From assembly GCA_965204345.1 (NCBI GenBank), contig OZ241981.1, positions 1,824,001 to 1,888,000 of the forward strand: a DNA stretch of 64,000 bases. The letters are read 5' to 3'. The position numbers and the translations under genes are program-made. Shown piece after piece: positions 9,698 to 19,500 of the stretch (position 1 is the first letter of the stretch; each line of letters begins with the position of its first letter). A model generated the notes under the pieces. That model saw nothing but the letters and a program-made list of their open reading frames with translations, had not been told where the DNA came from and did no database searches. Origin of the DNA: Nitrosopumilus sp. GTDB taxonomy: Archaea > Thermoproteota > Nitrososphaeria > Nitrososphaerales > Nitrosopumilaceae.

Positions 9698-9978
9698 GTT
9701 ATTACTAACCCCTATGTGCTTTCGTTATTTAAGCAGTTTTATTGAGTTACGGTATGCTTCTTTTTCAGCCAATTTACGGTGCATATCGATTTTTTTATTG
9801 TCCATAAACATTATCTCTGCTGTTTCAAGCCCTTCAGGAAATTCCTGATGTTGGCAATCAGTAATACCAGTGCAAAGAATGTAATAGTAAATTTGGGTTA
9901 TGCCAAGAAAGACATTGCCTAAACAGACCAAAAAAATATTGAAGATGAATTAGATAATTTATGAAAATCATCTCTTGG
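9680..9978 (-). repeat. Repeat D (inverted copy) followed by partial repeat B
   Basis: See 2059-2340; ttagataatttatgaaaatcatctctt at ~9950-9976 matches 4329-4355. Confidence 0.85.
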
Positions 9979-10212
9979 CAATACGCCAGCCGACAAAGCT
10001 GGTATTGACATCAGGGAATATAATTGTCAATGATAATTCAAAATACAAATTACAAATATAAAAAAATAAATTAAAAATTGGGCTATCCTTCTGATATGCT
10101 TTTACAACCTAAATGAGATGATACATCAAGATGCAGATCCTATACAGATTCAACATCTTACAATAAGAATTGATGAGATGCAGTTACAAAAGGATCTGTT
10201 ACAGCAACAAGA

Positions 10213-10322
10213 AATTGATCCTGAATCTTGAAAATACTAAACTAGGAGAGTCAAAGCGACAGAGTTTAGGCACAAATATGGTGGTTTGATAAACAAAATA
10301 GAGCAAAACACGCAAAAAAACT
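10213..10322 (+). repeat. Repeat C copy directly upstream of ureE
   Basis: Direct repeat of 5197-5313. Confidence 0.8.
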
Positions 10323-10351
10323 ATATTTTTCATAACAAATGCACATAAGGC

Positions 10352-10840
10352 ATGATAAAAATTACAGAGCCAAGTGGCAACATTTTCGATGATCAAAAAT
10401 TAGAGTCCCTTGGCAATAATGATGCAGTAGTAGAGCATCTTTTAGTCTCGCGGGACTCGCTACAAAAAAACAGGCTGCGGGCAAATACGGAGGAAGGCAC
10501 AGATATAGGAATTGTCCTAGAACCTGGCCTGCATTTGCATCACGGCGATGTTCTAGTATGTGATGATAAGACCATCCTCGTTGAGCAGCTTGCTGAAAAG
10601 GTGATTACTGTTACGATAAAAGATGAAAACGCCGATCTGATGGTTTTAGCTGGACACATCATAGGAAACAGACACAGGCCAATCTCAGTTAATGACGGCG
10701 TAATTTCATTTCCAATACAGGCAGAGTCTGAAATTGAGGTATTTGAGAAATTATTTTCAGTAATAAAGAACAAAATCGAATTGAAAATTGAGGATATGGT
10801 ATTTAGGCCGCAAGTGGGGGCAGATGTCTATGACCATTGA
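10352..10840 (+). CDS. ureE: Urease accessory protein UreE
   Basis: KNRLRANTEEGTDIGI, LHHGDVL, AGHIIGNRHRP motifs. Confidence 0.9.
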   Translation: MIKITEPSGNIFDDQKLESLGNNDAVVEHLLVSRDSLQKNRLRANTEEGTDIGIVLEPGLHLHHGDVLVCDDKTILVEQLAEKVITVTIKDENADLMVLAGHIIGNRHRPISVNDGVISFPIQAESEIEVFEKLFSVIKNKIELKIEDMVFRPQVGADVYDH

Positions 10841-11525
10841 CTGTTCTGAAGACATTAGTGCAATGCAGCTATCCGATTCTTTTTTTCCCTCGGGAATGTT
10901 TGCAACATCAAATGGAATAGAGCAATTGTTTTTGGAGAAAAAAATCTCAACTGCCGGGCAGCTAACGGATATAATCAGAGTCTTTCTAAGTCATCAGGTA
11001 GGTCCGCTTGACTGTGTTGCACTATCTAACGCGTATGATTTTGCAGAAAGCGACTTTGGGAAAATCTTGGAGATAGACGAGCTGGTCTATTCAATGAAAA
11101 CAATAAAAGAGATCAGAGACTCCTCAACTAGGTCGGGGATTCAGACCCTAAAGTGCATCATAAATATTCAAGACTCCGATGAGGTGCTAAACCTGTATGA
11201 CAAATCACTAGGGCTCAAAAATGCTTATGGGACATATCCTGTAGTGCTTGCAATTAGCTGCAAGGCATTGGGAATTTCAAAAGAAAAGTGCATGGCAGTA
11301 CTGCTTTATGGTTTTGTGACAAGCGTGGTAGGCTCTGCCTTAAGGCTGGGAATGATTCAGCATTTTGAGGGACAGGAGATAATTCACAATCTAAGGCCTG
11401 CCATAAATGATACCATTAACCAAAATATCAATAAAACATACTCTGAGATGTGGCAGTTTGCACCGCAAGTAGATGTCTTTCAAATGTCACACGAAGCTAT
11501 GAACTCTAAAATGTTTATTACATGA
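10830..11525 (+). CDS. ureF: Urease accessory protein UreF
   Basis: QLSDSFFPSGMFATSNGIE N-terminal motif; C-terminal HE...KMFIT. Confidence 0.9.
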   Translation: MTIDCSEDISAMQLSDSFFPSGMFATSNGIEQLFLEKKISTAGQLTDIIRVFLSHQVGPLDCVALSNAYDFAESDFGKILEIDELVYSMKTIKEIRDSSTRSGIQTLKCIINIQDSDEVLNLYDKSLGLKNAYGTYPVVLAISCKALGISKEKCMAVLLYGFVTSVVGSALRLGMIQHFEGQEIIHNLRPAINDTINQNINKTYSEMWQFAPQVDVFQMSHEAMNSKMFIT

Positions 11526-11545
11526 ATTTTTAATTTTATTGTATC

Positions 11546-12211
11546 ATGGCACCAAGAATACCCCGAATAGGGATAGGCGGACCTGTTGGTTCTGGAAAGA
11601 GCATGCTAATTGAGAGAATCGTTCCAATGCTTGCAGAACGCGGGTACAGTATCAGCATCATATCCAACGATGTGATCTCAAAGGAGGATGCAGACAGGAT
11701 GCGAAAGAACTTGGCCACAAACCGTGGCTTGCTGCCTGAGAATCTGGTGATTGGCCTTGCAACTGGCGGCTGCCCTCATACTGCAATACGTGAGGATCCG
11801 TCAATGAACATATCTGTGATTGAGGAGATGGAGGATAACCATCCCGAATTGGACTTGATAATAATTGAGAGTGGCGGTGATAATATCACCACTACATTTA
11901 GTCCGATACTTGCTGATTACTTTATCTACATCATTGATGTAGCCGGTGGCGATAAATACCCAAGAAAGGGGGGACTGGGAATTGAGACATGTGATCTGCT
12001 AATCATAAACAAGATTGACTTGGCACCGCAGGTTGGCGCCGATTTGGACGTGATGGATAGTGACGCGCAGAGGATTAGAGACAAAAAGCCATACGAGTTT
12101 GTCAACTGCATGACAGATGAAGGGATTGCAAAAGTTGTCAAGCATATTGTTCATGGCGTACTGTTTGACGGCATGCCAAAGTCTCGACTGACTGCTGGGA
12201 ATGAGGCATGA
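11546..12211 (+). CDS. ureG: Urease accessory GTPase UreG
   Basis: GGPVGSGKS, TGGCPHTAIRED, ESGGDN, NKID. Confidence 0.97.
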   Translation: MAPRIPRIGIGGPVGSGKSMLIERIVPMLAERGYSISIISNDVISKEDADRMRKNLATNRGLLPENLVIGLATGGCPHTAIREDPSMNISVIEEMEDNHPELDLIIIESGGDNITTTFSPILADYFIYIIDVAGGDKYPRKGGLGIETCDLLIINKIDLAPQVGADLDVMDSDAQRIRDKKPYEFVNCMTDEGIAKVVKHIVHGVLFDGMPKSRLTAGNEA

Positions 12212-13128
12212 ATGATATCTCTTATCATACACCAAAGGACGTCCCATCTGAATTTTTAGCATATGATGGGACGATAAGGCAGCTGGGAGTTGGCAAGGCT
12301 GGAAAATCAGGCTTGCTCAAGCTAGTTTTGACTAGAAAAGGAGAAAAGACACTGATCAAGGAAAATATCTCCGAGCCGCCACTGCACCTGCAAAAGGCAC
12401 TACACTATGAGGAGGGGTTTTCTGCCATTGCGTATCTGTACTTGGCATCATCATCTGGCGGCATCTTGCAAGGTGACAGGTACAGGATGGATGTCCTGAT
12501 GGAGGAAAATTCCATTGCACACATTACCACGCAAGGGGCATCCAGAATTTACAGCATGAATTGCAATTTTGCAACACAGATCATTAACATTGCACTGGAA
12601 AAAAACTCTTACCTGGAGTTTATTCCGGATCAAATAATCCCATATGCAGACTCTAGATACTATCAAAAAGTAAGTCTGGAGATTGACGATTCTGCCACGC
12701 TTGTTTATTCGGAGATAATTACACCCGGACGTGTTGCTATGGGGGAGCTGTTTGCATATGATATCTGCTATCTGAGGACGCAGGCAAAAAACCAGGACCG
12801 ACTTGTCTTGTTTTCTGATGTGGTAAAGATTGAGCCAAAAAAGCAAAATCTTTCAATGTTTGGAATATTAGGCAAGAATAAAACAGTCGGAACAATATAC
12901 ATTCTAACAAAAAAGGATTCTGGGGAGATAAAAAAAAGGATCAGGCTATATCTGCAAAAAGATGGCAAGATTGATTCGGGGTACAGTATGCTGCCCCGCA
13001 ACTCGGGTATAATTGTAAGACTTTTGGGTCAAAACACGGAGGATATCAAAAGTGCCATATTTGAGATAGCAAAAATTACTAGAATGATTGCAATTGATGC
13101 GCCATTTTCAGCAGTAAGAAAGGCCTGA
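12208..13128 (+). CDS. ureD: Urease accessory protein UreD
   Basis: SGGILQGD, ITTQGASRIY, EIITPGRVAMGE. Confidence 0.93.
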   Translation: MNDISYHTPKDVPSEFLAYDGTIRQLGVGKAGKSGLLKLVLTRKGEKTLIKENISEPPLHLQKALHYEEGFSAIAYLYLASSSGGILQGDRYRMDVLMEENSIAHITTQGASRIYSMNCNFATQIINIALEKNSYLEFIPDQIIPYADSRYYQKVSLEIDDSATLVYSEIITPGRVAMGELFAYDICYLRTQAKNQDRLVLFSDVVKIEPKKQNLSMFGILGKNKTVGTIYILTKKDSGEIKKRIRLYLQKDGKIDSGYSMLPRNSGIIVRLLGQNTEDIKSAIFEIAKITRMIAIDAPFSAVRKA

Positions 13129-13314
13129 TAGTCAATGCCTATGTCAAAACACGTATTTCACACTTGTATCTGCAAGACCTGACTGAACAAAACGTTTACT
13201 GTCAAATTCAATGTGGATAATACGGGAATCAATGTTTGCTGACCCTGATTTTATCCATTTGCAAATCATACAAAAACTCACCATGTTTCTTATCTGATAT
13301 CTTGAGAATTTCTA

Positions 13315-13500
13315 CAAGTGCCTCAATCTGCAAGCAGGCTAGATGACCGTTTAACTTACAGGGAAATACCAAGTGTAACAAAAGATGCTACTGGTGTAAA
13401 ATCAACTGTAAGATGTGATCACTACTCTTGGATGATACATCAATAACTAATACATATCCTTACATGGAAATTAATCAGGAAGATGCAGCAATTACTCACT
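13315..13500 (+). pseudogene. Decayed internal fragment of sufB (Fe-S assembly)
   Basis: With frameshifts reads RLTYR...KDATGVKSTVRCD/LLLDDTSITNTYPYMEINQEDAAITH, resembling the SufB C-terminal region. Confidence 0.7.
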
Positions 13501-13611
13501 CTGTATCTGTTGCACAAAATATAGCTCACAAATGAGACAATATTGATTTTTTTTAATTCGGTTTACCGAGAATTGTTCATTTTATAAGTTGTTTTTCTTG
13601 TTATCTTTGAT

Positions 13612-14292
13612 CTATTCTTTCTTAGATAACAATTCTGTCTTTTTTGACTCAAACTCTGATTCTTGTATAATGCCTTTTTTCATTAAACTGTGATATTTGT
13701 TGATTTTTGATATTATTTCGTCTTCATCAGTTTTGGTTTTAGGCGTTAATTTTGACATAGTATGAGATAACCCTTCTTTGATTTCAGTACCTATGATCTT
13801 TAATTCTTTTTTCATTGTTTGTTGTACATTATACTGGTTATTTATTGATTTTTTCCATTCTCTTTTATTTTTATATCCAAAATTTTTTAGATTGTATTGT
13901 GTAGTCCATCTGAACATGAGTGAAATGACTAATGCGATACTGCCAACTGGTGCAACAAAATTATAAAAAACAATTATTGATAATGAAGTGCTAAAAATTC
14001 CATCTTGATGCAAACTAGAATCATCTATAACCCATGATCTGATGTATGACTCAATTAATTCTATGTCATATTCAGAATAATACAAATAATTTGTACCTTC
14101 TGGAATTATATTAACTGGATAAAATATATCACCTAACACAAACCACACAAAAACAAATAAGGCAAAAACTAAAATCCATTTTCTGGTCTTTTGTATTTTT
14201 TGAGTCCAAAATAGTGCAAATATTGAACATGAAAAGAAACAAGCCCAAAATCTAGATACAGGCATTTTTAATGTATTCTCTTCGGACAACAA
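13612..14292 (-). CDS. Membrane protein with C-terminal SHOCT domain
   Basis: Three hydrophobic segments; KINKYHSLMKKGIIQESEFESKKTELL. Confidence 0.75.
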   Translation of the reverse strand: MLSEENTLKMPVSRFWACFFSCSIFALFWTQKIQKTRKWILVFALFVFVWFVLGDIFYPVNIIPEGTNYLYYSEYDIELIESYIRSWVIDDSSLHQDGIFSTSLSIIVFYNFVAPVGSIALVISLMFRWTTQYNLKNFGYKNKREWKKSINNQYNVQQTMKKELKIIGTEIKEGLSHTMSKLTPKTKTDEDEIISKINKYHSLMKKGIIQESEFESKKTELLSKKE

Positions 14293-14777
14293 TTTTCTGT
14301 AAAATAACGTACTAATTAATAATGCTATACTATTGTACTAATTCGTTAAACAAACACATGAAAAAATTTTGATTGTTGCAGATGTTTAATTATAATAAAT
14401 TATAGTATTCATTTACACCCTGTTTTTTTTAAATAACTAAACTTGTTTTTTCTTTTGTGTTTTTAATTGTGACTTTGAATTTATTGTTTTTGTAAAATTT
14501 TTCAGTTAAATCAAAATCAGGCAATATCGATGCAAAAACCAAATACTGAATAATTCATGTCTACATTTACTACCAATTAACTTGTCTTTCATTACAGTCA
14601 TTTCAACAAATTCTTTTTTAATCTGCTCCAAATTCTTTTTAGTATTTTATCATCTAGTGAATATCTAATCCTTCGTTAAGATCATTTAATGTTGTTTTTT
14701 GAGTTGTTGATTTTTGGTGTTCATATGGCAGTTTTCATGCTTAATGTATGAAAGTTAGGGTCTGAACTTATTGTGAG

Positions 14778-14901
14778 TCCCGCGGGGCGGAATTGAACCA
14801 CCGACAACCCGGTTTCTGTATGCCTGATATGCTGTTTTTCGGTCAGCCATCCAAAGCCAACAACTACAGCCGGAAGCTCTACCAGGCTGAGCTACCACGG
14901 G
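14778..14901 (-). tRNA. tRNA-Tyr (GTA) with ~50-nt intron at 37/38 (14814-14863)
   Basis: CCCGTGG/CCGCGGG acceptor stem (C1-G72 as in archaeal Tyr), AGCTCAGCCTGGTAGAGC D-arm, CTGTAG anticodon loop, GGTTCAATTCC T-loop, bulge-helix-bulge-like CTGT/ACAG helix. Confidence 0.95.
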
Positions 14902-15010
14902 ACAAAAAAAACGAGGATCTATACTATTAAAAAACTATCGTAGGTAATTTTTTACAACTGATCCGTATGATCTCTAAAGCATAAATAGTTTGAAAAGTTG
15001 GTGAAAATGT

Positions 15011-15622
15011 TTGTCTGAACTCTCTTTATCTTATTCTGGATATGTCTGTGCTCCGTATTTGCACAATCATGAATCTGTTGAACTAAAGGATGCGTGGATG
15101 AATTCAAAGAATATTGAAAAATTATATTTTGTCACCGGAACCTTTTCTACTGAAAGCAAACCGTATTTTTCTGATTCTACAAACCATTACATTTTGGCCA
15201 AATTCAAAGACAGTGAGCATATCTCAAAAGATCTTACCTTGCACAACCAAGAAAAGACATCTTTTATGTTTAACATCACAGATGATCTTTTTCAGAGGGA
15301 GGTTCAGGGTGATACTAATTTTGTTTCTGTATATTATTTGGAATATGGCGATGAAGATGATGATCTTCAGGAGATTGCAAATTTATTGCTAAAAAGAGAA
15401 AAAATTGAGATAGCTGGACTTGGAAATATGAACACATTCTGTACAAATCCCTCCAAATTCACATTTCCATACTCTGAAAATATTGTCGTTATTGAAGTTG
15501 CCAGTGAAAAGAGTCATCAAAGTGTAAAAAAGTACTGTGATCAAACCAAGCGAGATATTAATCGAAAGGGATTAACGATAACCAATTTGCTGAGCCTTTC
15601 AATTCTTGATCAACTAAAGTAG
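15011..15622 (+). CDS. Hypothetical protein
   Basis: 203-aa ORF, TTG start, TATA-like box upstream. Confidence 0.7.
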   Translation: MSELSLSYSGYVCAPYLHNHESVELKDAWMNSKNIEKLYFVTGTFSTESKPYFSDSTNHYILAKFKDSEHISKDLTLHNQEKTSFMFNITDDLFQREVQGDTNFVSVYYLEYGDEDDDLQEIANLLLKREKIEIAGLGNMNTFCTNPSKFTFPYSENIVVIEVASEKSHQSVKKYCDQTKRDINRKGLTITNLLSLSILDQLK

Positions 15623-16030
15623 AAAGATTAAAGTTCAGACTTGAAAGCATGATGGCAATTTTACGTATGACTGGCCATTGAAATAACGTTACAAAAAGAC
15701 AGTCTTGTTAGGTTCCTTGCGTATTTTCCGTTATTTTTTTTAATTCAGAGAGAATCAGAACTAGAATCTCTTTTTCGCTTAACTTCAAGAGTTCCACCGT
15801 TTCTTCTTCTGTGAATCTGATCTCCTCATTTATTTTTGCATATGTCTTAAGATCAACCATTAATTACAATACAAACAATGCTACGATTAAACTTTTTGAT
15901 GTATGCTTGAGATGAAAACAGATGTGTTGTTTGCTTGTGATAAAAAATGAAAATAGGGATTTGAACTGAAATAATTTTCCATTCGATCATCAAGTGTAAA
16001 CGTTAAATATTCGATCAAAAATTGTTCTGC

Positions 16031-16441
16031 ATGAGTAAACCATCTGATCTTGGTTCATTAAAAATTGGCTCATACATTCTCCTGCCTCATTCTGATCAGC
16101 CTAGTGGAGAGCCATGCAGAATTGTAGAATATGATACATCAAAGCCTGGCAAGCACGGCGCAGCCAAAGCAAGAATTGTTGGTGAGGGAATCTTTGATGG
16201 CCAGAAAAGACCCCATGTGGGTCCTGTCAGCATGCAAATTCACATTCCAATGATTAACAAGAAGGTTGGCCAGATAATCTCAATTAATGGCGATGTTGTA
16301 CAAGTCATGGATTCAGAAACATTTGAGACCATTGATATTGGAATGATTGATGATGAAGTAAAGGGCAAGTTAGAGAACGGCCAAAACGTAGAATACTGGG
16401 TTGTCATGGACAAAACCAAAATCATGAGAGTTAAAAACTAG
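16031..16441 (+). CDS. eif5A: Translation factor aIF5A/eIF5A
   Basis: Hypusine-site motif TSKPGKHGAAK. Confidence 0.97.
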   Translation: MSKPSDLGSLKIGSYILLPHSDQPSGEPCRIVEYDTSKPGKHGAAKARIVGEGIFDGQKRPHVGPVSMQIHIPMINKKVGQIISINGDVVQVMDSETFETIDIGMIDDEVKGKLENGQNVEYWVVMDKTKIMRVKN

Positions 16442-16442
16442 G

Positions 16443-16488
16443 ATTTGTGATTTATGGCATGGAACACCAAAATTTGCCAGAACCTCTA
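16443..16488 (+). repeat. Repeat A copy immediately after eIF5A stop
   Basis: atttgtgatttatggcatggaacaccaaaatttgccagaac. Confidence 0.85.
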
Positions 16489-16529
16489 CAAATCATTTTT
16501 TAAGAACAAGCATCCCACACATACTATCT

Positions 16530-19500
16530 ATGGCAGGAATTGCAGTATCTGGATTTTTGGTTTTGGTTACCGTAATGATGATGGCAGTGATGATGCCAGC
16601 ACATGCTGCAACCCCGGACTCGCCACTGGAACAGTATCATGCAGGCATACCAATAGATGGAATTCAGTGTGATGGCGGCAAGCTTTTGATGGTGACTCTT
16701 GCAGGCAATCCCGTTTGCCTAACCGGTGATTCTGCCATGAAATTAGCAGACAGGGGCAGCAGCAACAGCAGCTATGCCACGATATACACACCAGAAACAT
16801 CCCAAAAAGCCAATGAACCTTTAAATGAAAAGATCACAAGCCAGACAGACACGCATGTATTTACTGACAAAGAAAAGCAGATTATTGCCGATTACAAAGA
16901 ATCTTCAATGTTATCATCACCTGGAATTCTTATACACAGTTATTCTTTAGACCTGTCAGAATCACCCAAGGTGGGTCATACTGCTGTGGTAAATTTTACC
17001 GGTGTCTATACTGACAATACAAATTTTGAACCATACATGGAACCATTCACACTAAAAGTATTTGCCAATCCCGATGACAAAGTTCTGTTTTATAATGCCA
17101 CAACAAATGCCGGCTCTGATGATCCAACCAGCTTTGAGTCATTTGATAATGATATTGGATATGTAGTAGATGATCCCGTGCCGGGTAGGGCTTATACCGT
17201 GATGGTTACTATAAAAATTCTAGAGGAGGGATTTATTGAAATTGACGCGTTGCGCTTTGATCCTTTAGAATCTAGTGGCGGTGTCTACCTTGCAATATCT
17301 AATGAACATTCTATGCCAGAAAATAAGTATATGGATGAGGAACACACGTTTTTGGATCACGACATTTTAGCTAGGGAATCTAGTCCTGAATCTTTTGCTC
17401 CTCAAAAAGATAGCAGACTCGGCAATAAGCCAGGACCCAAAGATGAGATAGTTAATGAGGATTTGACGGAGGAAAGAGTAGCTCAAATATATGCCAACCA
17501 TCTGCGACTTTTGGGCGAGATAGTTCTCAGTGATATTGGCAAAGTCAATGATGATTTAATTGGATGGCTTGTTGATAAATCTCTTCCATTGGATGATGTA
17601 AAAATTATTTTGGGTCACTCTAATTTCACGCAAGCGCAAAAAGCTGATGCAATGGAGAGATACGAGGCAGAATATACTGGCCCTCAGGATTTGTCTGATG
17701 GTGCAGTAACAGCAGCAGCAGCAGCAGCATATGGCTCCTCCACAGATGCCTCTGCTGCCCCAGCATTCCCCGTAGCTGCAACTCAGGACACGCCTGATGG
17801 TGCAGCAGCAGCAGAAGAAGACTCTTCTTCCAACACTTTTTCCATTGAAGGCACCGTATCTGCTCCACTTTATCATTCCCGCACCACGCAACCCGTCAAC
17901 GGGATAGAAGTCTGTGCCTATGATTATTCTGAATCTGACGGTACAGAGACTGCTGTATTGCTTACAACTGAGGGTGACGAGGCCTGCACATTTACATCCA
18001 ACATGGGAGAATATCACATAGATTCTATCCAAAACGATGATCCTTCTGATGCATCAAATGTTGATCTAGTTATCAAAATTATTTCTAGGGGCGCAAATGG
18101 TTTAGTTTTGCAAGACATGTCTGAAAATGTTTATGAAATACGATCTACTGGAGTTTTGAACTTTAGTCAGGATACAAGAATGTATGATTTTGAATTGAAT
18201 GGCAATAATGCAGAAGCAGCCGGTATAATCAATGCGATCTCTGATGGCCGTGATTTTTTTAGTCATCATGGTATTCATAATGCACGTCTTACTGTACATT
18301 GGGAACCTGGTTGGCAACAGGACACTATGTATCTACACTCTAACAGAATCCGTCTTGACGATCATAGCAATCATCATTTGGATCTACTCATAATATTACA
18401 TGAATTTGGCCACCATATTGACGATATAGCCATTGGAGGTACTATAGAAGGCCTTATTCGTAGTGAATGTTACACTGATATAAACGGTGATCGCGATTTT
18501 GATGATATCGGTGAGCGATTTCATTATTTTAGTCGCCCAACAGCTAACCCTGCATGTGCATGGAGCGAAGGTTGGGCTGATTTTGTTCCTCATTTAGTTA
18601 CCAATTCAAGTCTTGGACGAGATACAGTTTTTAATACTAATTTGGAGCGGCACAGAGAAGGATTTTTTCTTGCTCAACCCACACATGCTGGTTCCCTTAA
18701 TGGTCCTCTTTATGGACAATTAGTTGAAGGACGGGTAGCCGCAGCGCTATGGGATATCAAAGATCATAACGTTGATAGAATATATGACAATTTAGAATAC
18801 AGCAGGAACGGTAATAATTTAGATAACCTGCAATTGGGAGATGATGAAATTATGGATATAATTAGGAATAATCCCATCGATACTTTTGAAGACTTCTACA
18901 AGGCATGGGAACGCGCAGGATATGATTCTTCATATGACATTATGAGACTACATCACATGGAATTTGCAATCCCAAACGTTCCGACCCCGTCATCAAACAT
19001 AATGACTGACAGTTTTGACACATTTGGTACTTGGTTCCTTGGTGCCTACTTGGAAACTTTCAATCCCGAGTTCCCTTCTTTTAGATCTTTTAATGTGTGG
19101 TTACTTGCCGGCCACGATTGGGAGATAGCTCCAGACGAAGACAATCCCTCCAATATGTTAGCATCGTCTCAAAACTGTGATATCTGGTGTATTATGACAC
19201 TTAACCTGCCACTAGACACAGAAGGCCGACTTGAAGTGTCCTTTGACAGATACCTTGATAGCCGACTTGACGGAAATGAAGGTCTGTATGTGCAGTACCT
19301 GACAGACTCTGGATGGGTAACACTGAGACAATATACTGCATTAACTTTTTTTGATCGTGATGACAGCATGCGTGATGCTAACGACATGTGGGTATCTGAA
19401 TCCCTGATACTGAGCATACCCCAATCACATACACTACTGCGATTTGTGGCACAATCAAACGAACCCGGTGAATTCGTACGAATTGATAATCTTAACATCG

